Source: Strigamia acuminata
Taxonomy: Eukaryota
Direction of reading: 5' to 3'
Assembly: GCA_949358305.1 (NCBI GenBank)
Contig: OX442314.1
Span: 30,876,001-30,940,000 of the forward strand
DNA: 64,000 nt
Below are positions 35,901 to 48,040 of the stretch, in pieces (the stretch's first letter is position 1; each line of letters begins with the position of its first letter). The notes beneath the pieces were generated by a model. It made no database searches. It saw only the letters and a list, made by a program, of their open reading frames with translations, and was not told where the DNA came from. The translations under genes and the position numbers were made by a program.

Positions 35901-38028
35901 GAGATTGCAACAATATCCCCGTAATGTAAATATCTGCAAAAACCTTCTGCTAAAAATTGGAACTTTTTGAGTGTATTTTATATTAAAAAACACCCAGTAT
36001 TTTGTGATTTTTTATTCATTTTCTTGTCTTTCTTCTCTGTTTTTCAATGTTGCTGTGCAATAAAGAAACGGTTTTGTCTGCGCGCTAGCGCGGTTAGCTT
36101 TCTATTGTTGGAAACGACGATGGAAATCTCTGGTTTGAAAATTTAGAAGTTCTTTGGACACGATTTCGTACCTTTTTTGGGCACAAAAGTCATGTTCTCA
36201 TGGAATCAGACCATTTTGATCTGGTTCTGAACTTCTAGTTCCAAACCGAAAAATCACTATTGTTTTTTCAAAAAGTGTTGTTTTTTCTGCAGAAATGTAG
36301 GAATTGGAACATTAAAACGGTCGAAATTTTGTTTTTATTTTAAAAATCAAACATGGCGACTGGAAAGACAATGGCAAAACATGTGGAAATCTCGGAATTT
36401 TCGAGAATGATTGGAATTTTAAAATTTCGACATTTCTTGGAACTCTGGGAAATCAATTCTATGAATTAATCCAAATTTTCTACCAATGGGAAACCAGGGG
36501 GGGGAAGTGACATCACTAATCCCTCTCTCAGAAATGGCTACTTGAGCCTAATCTCCTGTCTCCTCATTGGTCGTGACTTAATTCCACTTGTTCACTTTGC
36601 AAGCTGCGGTCCTGCTTTTGGTCACATTGTGTCAATGCCAGCGACCAGAACTGGTAAGACCACGTGGGACTCTCCTGCACCTAATTCTTCCACACCCGCA
36701 ACGGATTCAGATTTGAACGACTCGGATAATAATTCGATTGCTTCTTCAAACGACAATATGTCAGTCCCTAAAGTTAAATTGTTGGATCAAGCGATGCTTG
36801 AAACAACTTGCAACGTCTTTAATCTAGTTATTGATGATATGACGACCTACGAAGTGTGGGAAGACACGCTTCTGAAAGTAGCCGATCACTTGGTGGAACT
36901 CCAAGACAAATCGGATAGCACTATGCGTCAATTAACGCAAACGACGCTGGATCAGTCTATGCTTGAAACCATGTGTCGTATCTCTGGTTTGAAAATTTCG
37001 AAGTTCTACAGACATGATTTCGTGCTTTTTTAAAGCACAAAAGTCATGTTTTTGTGGAATCAGACCATTTTGATCTGGTTCAGAACTTCTAGTTCCAAAC
37101 AAATTTCTATTTGCTTTCAAAAATTGTTGGTTTTTTTCAGAAATGGAGAAATTTTGGCATTTTATCTGGTCGAATTATTTATTTTTTTTTATAAAAACCC
37201 AAGATGGCGACTAGAAAGCAACGGAAAAACATGTGGTATTCACAGATTTTTCGGGAAAAGTTTGATTTTCAAAAGATTTCGAAAATTTGGGAAATCTGGG
37301 GATTAATTTCCAAGAAATTAACTCGAATCACGTTACCATGGGAAACATGGGGGGGGGAAGTGACATCACTAATCCCTCTCCCATGAGTAGCCACATCAAG
37401 CAATCTAATGGATTCTAGTTGGTTGTTAATCAATCACCTCTGTCCGTTTTTGCAAACTGCGGCCCTGTCTTTGACATTTCCAGTGACTACCAGTTACAAG
37501 GAAGTCCTACAGACACGTGGGATTTTTACCAGCAAGTAAATATTGTATTTTATTATCGTTAAAGAAGTTACAGAGTCAAACTCTACAGACTTGAATGAAT
37601 ACACCTAACTTTTGATCGTACCATTGACACTAATTGTTTAAATAAACAATAATATGTCACCGACAAACGTTAAAATAAAGGCCACGTTGTGACCAAAATT
37701 GAGCAGCACTCAAGAAACTCATTTTTTCTTTCACTCTTTAAAATATATATGTTTAGTAGCAGTGGACAGAAGAATGCAACATTTGCATTCGAGGGTTTGA
37801 ATACCGACTCGCAGAAGGAATGACGCTGCCTGCGCCGGATTTCGCTCGCAACTTTGTCATCCTTACAGATGCAAAGTGACGGCGGGCTCGGAGCTGTCCT
37901 TTCTGCAAGTAACAGACCAAGGTGTTTTTGTTGTAAAACCAGTTTGTCTAACAACTAGAATGCTGATTTGGAACATTTAGCTATGGTTTGATAAACTCAG
38001 GCCATGTGCTGAAAATTCTGAACTTGAA

Positions 38029-38214
38029 ATGGGAAATTTAGTTTTGCTAAAAATCCATCCTTTGAGAAAAATGGATATACCATTAGCTTCGTCTCGCAAA
38101 GACCATTTCAAAGCACCATATATAATCACTAAAGTGACCAATACAAATGCTTATAGTCTTATAAAATCAATGATTTTACAATTAAAAAGTACATGCAATA
38201 GTGTGGAAACTTAA
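38029..38214 (+). pseudogene. Remnant of a Gypsy integrase C-terminal GPY/F module
   Basis: GNLVLLK...HFKAPYIITKVTNTNAYSL resembles the G.LVLL...F.GPY.I..V...N.Y.L pattern; position fits the end of pol. Confidence 0.55.
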
Positions 38215-38776
38215 AAAGACTTATTTCTTCTGGAAAGAGAGCTCGATAGCCCATTTTAGATGAGGAAGATGAAGAAGTTCTTGAGAACCGACCTGTGAAC
38301 ACTGGTACAGCAACAATCTTGCCACCACCAGTGCGACCAACAGAATCTGGTATCGCAACCAAGTTGCCAACACCAGTAAAACCTTTTGGGAAACCAAAAA
38401 GAAAGAAAAAGGCTTTGTCTCTGCCACGAGTGGTTTCACACAAAACCACGGCAGCACAGCCCAAACCGAATTCGGATTCGAAAAGACCATCGAGAAATCA
38501 TATTTTGCCGATACGATACAGAGATTGACCACTAGGTGGACACCTCCGAATTCGAAATTCCTACGGACCAATCACGAGACGACAACATAGCGTTTCCGGT
38601 TTCGTACACGTTGCGTAAAAAGACGCTATTCTGCGGTACTTAGGAAGGAATCTTGGCAACATCAAATCATTCTCGTTCCAAGCAAGTGACTGTCCAGTTC
38701 GTCTCCTCCGCACGAATCCCGTCGATTTCCTGTTCCGTATATTTGATTTGATCAATTCATTTTTATTTATTTTCCA

Positions 38777-39682
38777 ATGGAAGAATATCCAGCCGGCACT
38801 CGAGTCTTATGCCCGGTGTGTTTAGGAAGTTGCGTAACCGAACGCAACAACGGCGCGTTAACTCCGTGCGAAAACTGTCTTGGTGAAGGACATGTGGATT
38901 GCAACGAGCCTTTGGAACTCTGGTTCCGTCATTTTATGACAGTATCCGGACGCCCGATTCCAGTAAGAAACCGCGTGGTCGGTTGGATGCGCGTGCGTTC
39001 TCGTAGAGAAAGAAAGAAGTCAGAAAAGGCGTTTTACGCCAATTCCGGCGCCTCGACTTCAGCCCAATCGCCACGAACGGGATCAAATCCCAATTCCACG
39101 TCAAAAGCTGACGATACAACGACTGGACGAGTTTCAAAAAGAGCGGTTTTACGCTTGAAACTAGCCGGATTTGCGGCGAATCGTTCGCAAACGTCGCAGA
39201 CACCAAAAACTTCAACTTCGAGTTCGACTAAAATCCTTCGACCACCGAAGAAAGTGACTGTAAAACAGTCATGTTCAACGGTGACAGAATCGAAAGCCAA
39301 ACCACGCTCTGAGATTTCGGCGGCCCTCGTCGCCCTCGCCGTGAGCCAACGAGTGACCGCTACGGTTACGTCATGTACGCAAGCGGCGAAGAAATCAATC
39401 CCACCATCGTCGTGTACGATCGTCTCAAACGATACGAGCATGCCGACGGAATTCGTTTGTTCCTCGACTGTTTTACAGTCAATTCCAAATCCAGCGGTCA
39501 TTATGCCGCCGATATTCGGCGAGAGACCAACGGACATTTCATTTCAGAAAACCAGATCCGCCGCGAAGCGAGAGCAAAAGACGCGTCGTAACCTGGCGAA
39601 GGAGCTGCCGTCGATAAAAGAGAACGAACGTGACGACGACGACGAGACGCCACCGACGCCCGGCAAGACGCTACAGATATAG
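38777..39682 (+). CDS. LTR-element accessory ORF (301 aa): N-terminal CxxCxG zinc-binding motif pair plus a S/T/K/R-rich disordered region
   Basis: Open ATG-to-TAG frame: CPVCLGSC...PCENCLGEGH..C, basic stretch RVRSRRERKK; no signal peptide or clear TM helix. Confidence 0.65.
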   Translation: MEEYPAGTRVLCPVCLGSCVTERNNGALTPCENCLGEGHVDCNEPLELWFRHFMTVSGRPIPVRNRVVGWMRVRSRRERKKSEKAFYANSGASTSAQSPRTGSNPNSTSKADDTTTGRVSKRAVLRLKLAGFAANRSQTSQTPKTSTSSSTKILRPPKKVTVKQSCSTVTESKAKPRSEISAALVALAVSQRVTATVTSCTQAAKKSIPPSSCTIVSNDTSMPTEFVCSSTVLQSIPNPAVIMPPIFGERPTDISFQKTRSAAKREQKTRRNLAKELPSIKENERDDDDETPPTPGKTLQI

Positions 39683-42024
39683 AAGAAGTGGCCAGTTTTT
39701 CTCAAAACTTTATAATGCCAAAAGTATTGATAGTTTTTTACATTTTTTAAATGTTTTTTTTTTCTCTATCAAAGTAATAATAATAGTCCTAACTTTTATT
39801 CTCAAAGCTACAAATGCATTTACTTACCTATTAGAATTAAATTAACTTAGATTTTAATATTTTTCAAAGAATTTTTTATTCAAATGTGTTAAAAATTTAC
39901 AAGTGTTATTTACAGTATTTATATTTCACGAATTGTATTTTGTCTTCATCCTGGGGGTAAGTGTGCGTTGTTTTCTCTGGTGTATTTTTCCCGATGTTAC
40001 CTGCTGGTGATCCGTGGTCCAGTTGTCATCAACTCATCCGGTCATCTGGTTATCTGCAAAAAAGAAAAGTAATGATTAATTTTTAATTATGAAATTAACT
40101 TTCAAACAACCACTTTCGTGATTGTGTTGAGGTACCCCTCTCAGTACTTACCTTTTTTAGGGGGGGGAGATGTGACCGGCTGCCCGCTCAGTCCGCTCAC
40201 TTGCCTGCAACACACGGCGCTTCCACGGCTCTCGCGCACCTCGTGTGTTTCTCGCGCGCACCTGTTGCGGACCCCCGCACCAGGTGGAGCTGACGGTCGT
40301 TGGCCCGGCCAATTGGGAACCGGAAGTGCCCCTTCCGGAAGTGGTGGGCCCCGCAGAGGCCCAAGAGAGTTCTCTAACTTCCAGCATGGCGAACGGTCGC
40401 TTCCACGATCGCTCTTCCACGCTGGCGGCAATGACGAATCCAGTTGGCGTAGCGACTCTGTCGCCCGCCGGGACTTGATAGTCCACGTTCCCCGTGTTCG
40501 TCCTGCGTTCCCCGTGAACGTAGCGACGACACGGCTAAACGGTATTCCGACCACGTGTGTCATGGCGGCCATTGGCCGCCGTGCCACGCGGTCTTGTTAG
40601 GGACGGCTGTTCGCAGCCGTCGCATTGGGAAATGCACTGGGAGACACCACATCATACCCCTAGACATCAATAAAGCTTACCTTAAACTAAACTTGTGTCT
40701 CTTGTGTATTTCGGAGTGAATTCTATCGTGTGTGTTGTGTCCAGCGCCTCGTGGCTCTCCCCCGACCACGTGGCGACCGTCCAAACACTCACAAAACAAA
40801 TGAGGAAGTTGCATCTGTTATGCAAGCCGACCTCTAAAATAGATAACTACGTGGTTGTCATGACTACCAAAAGATGAGAAACAAGGTCACTATGTCGACT
40901 AGTTTGTTATATTTTAATTTCTTCAGCTCTGCTAAAACACCAGTCTTTTAAAACTTATAATTTCTAGTCATTAACTATAAATTTAAAAATCTTTTAAACT
41001 ATTTTGAGAAACTCATATCTTAAAAAAAAAAACCAAATTTCATCTTTCTCGATTAAAAATGGCTAAAATAATCAAACAATCCAAATATATAATTAAAATA
41101 AAAACCATTTGTTCGTTGTTCCACCCACGGCTGATCCGGATATCCAAGCACTGACATTGACACTAAAAACTCAACTTCGCCCTCAAAAAACGAAAAAAAA
41201 AAAACGAATCTTATCCAAAAATACCTCAATATTCACGGAACCACACGCGTGAAACAAATCAAGGTTAATTAACCCGTTTGATATTCCAATCCCTCCATAT
41301 TTGACGTTTTAAAACACACTTTAACTGACTAAGCCTAACAGCCACATTACTTTTTGTTGACGTCGACCGTAGGTGTGTCCTCATTCAGTGACCCACAAAA
41401 GCTTTGACAAAACACTCGCGCCTTATCACACTGCAAATCAGACAGCAAACAAAACAAACAATTCATATTTAAATTAAATCAAAACCAAAAATAAATAAAA
41501 AAATCCAAAACAACAAAAACAAAACGAAACAATCGCAAAACGATAAAATAAACACCCAATTAGCCCACATTTCCATCGATAATACGAATAACTAAATCAA
41601 TAACCTTCACAACGCTCTTAAACTACAGCAAAACACTCGCTAAAAACAAGATCTTTGCACCCTAACTCGCGACTCAGGCCTCGGGCCACCAATCGCACGC
41701 ATCCCGTCCGAAAGCGACGTCATGCACGCTCACGAACGAGTAGTGCATTCAGTCAAGGTGAGATGGCTGCGTAACACGTGTTGGTTAAAACCAGTAATTT
41801 AGCGCAACTAATCTTCTGAGGAATGTCTTTTGTGCGATTTTCCAATCCCATCAACAACACCGAGTGGACATTCGCAGCGATTTCTCTCGGCCGCATCCAG
41901 AATGTAAACAGAGCGTGGAAGAACACCCAATTTTTCTCTCTTTCGGATTAATCACGATGGAGTGACGGACTCGTTGCTAATGGCATCTCCAGCGCGCATT
42001 ATGAAGACGTAAAAAGTGTCGGTT

Positions 42025-42355
42025 ATGAAGTGTTTAATCGTCGTTTGTTTGGTCGCGACGTTGGTCGGCGCGAGGACGACGAAGAGCGGCGGTTCGTTGG
42101 CGAGTTTGGCGGGACAAGTTGATGCCCTCGCCGCCCACTTGATCAGATGTCGTCGGCTGCCGGGACTGAGCGTGGCGGTGGTGCGTGCGGCGCCGGGAGG
42201 AGGCCGACAAGTGCTGACGAGGAGTTATGGACTCGCGGATGTCGCTACGAATAGGACGGTCGATGTTAATACGAGGTTTTGTTTGGCGGGGATCACGCAG
42301 TGTTTCACGGCGGCAACTTTGACGCAGCTTTTGCACGAAAATAATTCGTAAGTTG

Positions 42356-42390
<35 letters not shown>

Positions 42391-45300
42391 GGTTACATTC
42401 CGTTTTTGACTCGTTGATCTTTGGTTTTTGACCTCAAAGTGGAAGTGACATAGAAAGAAATGGGTAAAGGGAATTTTTTTTTTTTTTTTTTTTTTTGTAG
42501 AAATTTTTTTTTTTTAAAGTTTTGTTTGGAAGTTTGCGAAATATAAGTTTCCTCTCGTCCTTTCAAGGTCGTTCCCTGAAGCAATTGAGGTTTCTTTCGA
42601 GAGAGTTTTGAGGATTTCTCTCACATTTTACGTTTTGTGGAATTGCGTCGAGTTTGGGAATTGAAGATTTGAGGAAATTTTTTTTCGAGTTAAATTGGTT
42701 TTTTTTTTTTTTTTTTTTGCTTCGGAGAATTGAATTATTCGTTTATAAGTTCTTGGTATAGGGAGTGTCCTTGATAGAGGTCATTGGTCGCTTTAAGAAT
42801 TCATTAAGAGGAGGGGGAAAAAATAAATCGAGATTGCATTATTAAAGATGAATTAATTTTTTTTTTTTTCTCAATTACATAAAATTTTAACTTTTTACCG
42901 AATTTTTGTTGTTGTTGTTCAAATTCGCCATTTAATTTTAAGTCTTGACCAAAAGGAAAAAAAAACTGCCCACCCTATGTCCAACTGCCCCAAAAAACCA
43001 CTGAGGAAAACCACAACAACAATGGCGGACAGCGAACCGCCAAAAATCATTTTCATTTTTATTTTTAAAAATTTAAATTTAAATAAATTCTTTTACTTCG
43101 CATATTTTTATCTTTTTTTATTGCACAAAATGGAAATTTTGGTGTATTTTGGATACGCATATAAAATGGCCTTTTTGGTTCAAGTTGTATGCGCATATAA
43201 AATAGAATTTTTGGTGCATTTTGACATGAATGCGCCCAAAATGCAATTTATTGCTTTTTTTGTAATATCTGTGCACAAAATGCAATTTGTTGCTTTTTTT
43301 GTAATATCTACGCACAAATTGGAATTTTTTGGTGCATTTTATAATAAATACGCACAATTTGTTGCTTTTTTGTAATATCTGCGCACAAAATGCAATCTTT
43401 TGGTGCATTCTCTAACAAATACGCCCAAAATAGAATTTTTTAGTGCATAAACCAATTTTTTTAGGCGTAAATAATATCCGCAACTTAATTACAACTTTAC
43501 CCACAAAAAAAACCACCCAACTTCATAAAAAAAAAACATTCTTTGTCCACTTCAGATTCTCTTTAGACAGCACAATCCAGTCAATGCTCGGCGGTTGGTT
43601 CCAGCTGAGCGACGCATCACGCACCAGACGAGTGACCGTGCGAGACATCCTTTCACACCGCGTCGGTTTAGCTCCATACTTCGGCGGGGTCGTCCTAGGC
43701 TACAATTTCACCCGCATAGAACTCATCAGGTAACCAACCCACCAACAACCCCAAAAACCCCCCAACAACATCTTCCAACTCCCACCAACCTTAAAAACCA
43801 CTTTCTCCATTCCAGACGTCTCCGCCACATCCCCGTCACGGCTCCTTTCCGCCACTCCTTCGTACCAAACCCCCTATTGTACGTCCTGGCCGGTCATCTA
43901 GTCCAAAACCTCAACGACACCTTCTGGGAGAACGTAATAATGCGGCGCCTATTCAAACCACTACACATGACCGGTTCAACGTTCGCTGACCGCGTGCCAA
44001 ACTGGGCAGCCAACTTTGCCCTGCCCCACGTTCTGCGCGACGGTCAACCGGTCCCCATATCGTCCAAAATAACCGGAAAGTAAATATTAAAACACTCCAT
44101 TTCATCCGCAAATTTTCATTTACGTTTATTTCTCTTTTTGTTAGCATTTTGCGCCCGGTCGGGCCGTCGAACTCGATTTGTTCGACCGCGCCGGACATGG
44201 CGGAATGGATGTTGACGCTCCTTCGCAACGGGACGAGTCATGGCGATCCCGTCCTAGATCCGCGAGTGATTGATGAAATGTTTAGTGCGCAGAACACTCA
44301 CTTGCCAGGCACGAGCAAGCATGTGAAAGGAAGTCTTCCCGTTAACATCTCCACTGACGCGTACAATCTGGGATGGTTCTCAGGGAGTTACCGGGGTGAG
44401 TCACAATTATCATTTCGGATGATCGTTGTGTGTAAAGTTTGACCTTAATTCGACCTTTTACTTATTTTACTTATTGTGTGATTGGTGTTTGATTTTTTTT
44501 TTTTTTTTTTAGGTCACAGAAGAGTGTTTCAAAACGGTTTCGCGAATTATTTCGGTTCGTTCGTGACGCTTTTCCCAGACGACGGCTTGGGCATTTTCAC
44601 GGCGGCGAACGGGCCGTCGTTGACGGGCATGGATAATGCATTCCGCGCGCTGCATTACTCCATATCTGATTTGGCAATGGGTGAGACCGGATGGTTGAAT
44701 GAGTCGACGGTTTGTACGTACCCGAAGCCGTGGATAATGGCGCAAAAGAAGGCGGTTAGACCGACGATCAACGACGTGAAGACGACTAAAAAGACTGTCG
44801 ATGAGGATAATGTCAAAAACGAGGCTTCGACGACGACCGAGACGAACGATTTTCCACAAAACGACTCGACAAACGCCAATAAAACGAACGAACCCGAAAC
44901 GACAACAATTCCTACACCGGACGAAACCACGACCAAAATGTCGACAGATTTCGACGTCCTCCTCAAGCCAACAACATCAATCGAGCTGAAGAAAGTGACG
45001 ACACAAATCAAGACAACTCTTCGTCCGAAACTCAGTTTAAAACCGCACGAATTACGCAACGAAACGATCGGAAACGACGTCACATCTCAGTCCCGTCTTC
45101 GAACAATAAGCAGCGAGACACCCAGATCAACATCGCCCAACAAATCCACTCACAACACGGACGAAAATGCCCCATTGAGTCGCCCATTGGTCTACGTGTC
45201 CTCGACATCTTTCCGACACAATCGCACGACTTCAAAATCAAACGAAACGACACCAGACATGGCAAACACCAACACCAAACCCCCACGCACCAAACCCACT

Positions 45301-45462
45301 CTATTCCCATCCTCCAGAACCAGAATTGACATCACAACCAAACCACTAACAACCAGACATCGTTCAACTAACATTGCAACACAAACAACAAAACATCGTT
45401 CAACTGACATCACTACAAAACCACTAACGACCAGACATCGTTCAACCACAAAAGGGACGACG

Positions 45463-45493
<31 letters not shown>

Positions 45494-46869
45494 CCAGTAC
45501 AACAACAAAAAAGACGACAACAACACCCATAGCATCAACAACTCCAATTTCGTCTCAACCGGTCGAAGACTTTGACGAGATCGAAGCGTCATTCGTTGAC
45601 GGCATATTTGGTTTGCGGCTCCCGACAGACTTCGACACAGACGGCGAAATAGACACAAAAACTACACCAAAACCAATCAAAACTGCAAAAACATTGGCAA
45701 CCAAACAACCGAGCAAGCAAAGCAGATTCCCGACTACTACCGTCGGGTTATCCGAGGCTACGAAACCGAAAAACCAAAAGACGAAACCGTTTGCCGAGCA
45801 CGAGCGCGACAACACGCGAGACAACACGATCGGGCGACTGCAGCACAGCGAATCGGTTTTGATTCTCAGCACGACGCCGTACCCTCGAATCCGTCCGAAT
45901 TGGCACCGACGGAACCAAACTCGACCCACCACCGTGATAACCAACACGCAAATATCGGCCCTGGACGAAATGGTCATGAAATACCTAACGTCGACCACCC
46001 GCGCGTCCAAACTGACCGACGATTTTGACGCTTTCATTCTGACCGATCCGTTCGACACGAACAAAATCAAAACGAGCACCGCGGAGCCCAAAATGGACCC
46101 TGAGATCATCCCCGGTTACTTCACCGACGTTACCACGAAAGCGGAAAGCGTCACGCGACCCTCCAAAGTGACCACCATTTTGACCAGCGGTCAGTTTCCG
46201 GTCATAGAAAAAGTGAACAACTTCAAATCGTCGCAAGCCGTTGGCGGGAATAACCTCGGGTTCCACCTACCGCCCAGTTTTTGGCCCACTCGGTACGCGC
46301 TGACCACAACGCCGACGTTGCAAGCGCCGAAACGACAACGGTTGTTGTTTTCGTCCAAGAGGAGACTCTCCGGTCAACATCGGCAGTCGCGGCGGTCCAC
46401 GTACGATTACGGGTCGGTCACGTCGCCGTCGCCGAGTTTGATCGAGGACGACGTCACGGACACGTTGGTCAAGTTCGGGGTCCGTCTCGCGCGCTCGAAA
46501 CGCGAGGAGAAGTCGCCGGCGGTCGTCAATCCGTTCCCGGAACACGTTGCGACGTACCAGCATCCGTTTTTCGGCCAAGTCGGCGTGTTGTTCAACAAGA
46601 CGTCGGGCACGTTGCAGATGGAGTACGGGTTTTACGGGAAGGCGCATTTGTTGCCGTACGTGCAGAGCAATACGTTTCTGCTGCGATTTTTCAGCGCCGT
46701 TTGGTACGTGTCGGAAAGCGACGACAGCAGACGGCTACCGAGGAGTGTTTTCATGGTCCATTTCAAGGGGGGTTCGTCGGACGGGCGACCGGAACGATTT
46801 ATTGTGCCTTTCTTCGATCCCCGATTGCCGCCTACGTTCGTTAGGGTTAGGTCTTCGGATAGGAAATAA
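42025..46869 (+). CDS. Secreted beta-lactamase/serine-hydrolase family pseudoenzyme (gigasin-6-like) with a Thr-rich mucin insert (5 exons, ~1122 aa)
   Basis: Exons 42025-42347, 43556-43729, 43816-44079, 44145-44395, 44513-46869; phases compatible. Signal peptide MKCLIVVCLVATLVGA; family motifs PGLSVAVV, YGLADV, VTVRDILSHRVG, LFKPLHM, ICSTAPDMAEWM, YNLGWF, LFPDDGLGIF; C-terminal YQHPFFGQV domain (DUF3471-like). Confidence 0.85.
43130..43440. repeat. Intronic ~40-bp degenerate minisatellite
   Basis: Repeated GCACAAAATGCAATTT...TTTTGTAATATCT units. Confidence 0.7.
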
Positions 46870-47107
46870 ATAGAAGTTGGAAAGATATGGGGAGTGTTTG
46901 AGTATAATTATAGCGTTTTCTTGCTTTCTTTTTCACTACATTTTAATTGTTTTATTACTGTTACGATGGGAAAAAAGGAGCTTAATAATTGCCAAAAAAC
47001 ATTTTTTTTTTTACTCATTAATTTGAAATGTAAATAAAATAAAATAATTCTCCGATTTTTTCTTTTTTTGATGTGGAATTACGATCAAGCAGTCCTGCAG
47101 TTTGGGT

Positions 47108-47548
47108 TTAATTAAAATGTGGTTGGTCGACTCTGTTTTGGAGTGTGAGTTCAGTTTGACTGACGATGGTTGCAATAAACAAACCCTGTCCGCCGGTAAT
47201 GAACCGTAGTGGAAACTGAAATAATCCTCCGAGTTTATTATATTTTAATGTGGGAAACTCGAATAATATTTCTTTGCAAACCTGAGTTTCTTTCTGCACA
47301 CGTTTGAAAGCGATAATTATACAATAATACAATAGCTTCCAATGAAGCAAATCTCATTTCATGGCAATGCAGTTTCTGGGTCCAGCTCCGAATGGGATGA
47401 GATACGTAAAAGGATTTACTGCGATTTGCTTTGTTTTCGGGAGAAAAACAAACCTGTTTTGAAGCAAAATAAACACAAGAAAACAGATTAAATTAAAGAC
47501 TCTCTTATTTTACGAATCAATATACCTTTCAGGATCAAATGTTTGTAG
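47108..47548 (-). pseudogene. Cytochrome P450 (CYP3-clan-like) 3' fragment; repeated at ~51778-52218, ~56448-56888 and ~61112-61552
   Basis: Minus strand reads TFDPER|intron|F.SPENKANR.NPFTYL.PFGAGPRNCIAM.RFA...ETQ|intron|FPLRFITGGQGL: PERF and heme-binding FxxGxRxC motifs (heme motif at 47363-47392), with several frameshifting micro-insertions. Confidence 0.85.
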
Positions 47549-47577
47549 ATTAATTAGATTAGATTAAATTAAACCCG

Positions 47578-48040
47578 AATCCATTTTCATCCACAAAAAT
47601 GCATTTTTACAGAAAAAAAAATCCATTTTTACAGAAAAAAAAATCCATTTTTACAGAAAAAAAAATCCATTTTTACAGAAAAAAAAATCCATTTTCATCC
47701 ACAAAAATGCATTTTGAGACAAAAAAAAGCATTGACACAAAAAATGCATTTTCGGACAAAAGAAAGCATTTTGTTTTGAGACAAAAAAAAATGCATTTTG
47801 AGACAAAAAAAAAATCTATTTTCGTACACAAAAATGTATTTTGAGACAAAAAAAAGCATTTTGACACAAAAAATGCATTTTTATAGAAAAAAAAATCCAT
47901 TTTCATCCACAAAAATGCATTTTGAGACAAAAAAAAGCATTTTGACACAAAAAAAGCATTTTGACACAAAAAATGCATTTTGACACAAAAAATGCATTTT
48001 CGGACAAAAGAAAGCATTTTGTTTTGAGACAAAAAAAATG
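47578..48040. repeat. AT-rich compound minisatellite (22-bp ATCCATTTTTACAGAAAAAAAA and GCATTTTGACACAAAAAA units), present in every array unit
   Basis: Tandem units visible; copy number differs in unit 4. Confidence 0.85.

Larger units (their letters stand above)
33766..40793 (+). mobile_element. Young non-autonomous LTR retrotransposon (Gypsy-like), 7.0 kb
   Basis: 623-bp LTRs at 33766-34388 and 40171-40793 (TG...CA, one substitution seen); 4-bp TSD AAAC; tRNA-Pro-like PBS TGTGGGCCCGTCCTGGATCTTGAAC at ~34391; PPT AGGGGGGGGAGA before the 3' LTR. No gag/RT ORF recognised. Confidence 0.92.

Noticed and set aside
34400..36000. Possible gag or captured gene in the 5' internal region of the LTR element
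   Set aside because: Only short ORFs on both strands; no zinc knuckle, protease or RT motifs recognised.
44509..46873. Antisense and alternate-frame ORFs over the mucin exon (Val-rich etc.) and over the dehydrogenase-like exons
   Set aside because: Shadow frames of the real coding sequence.
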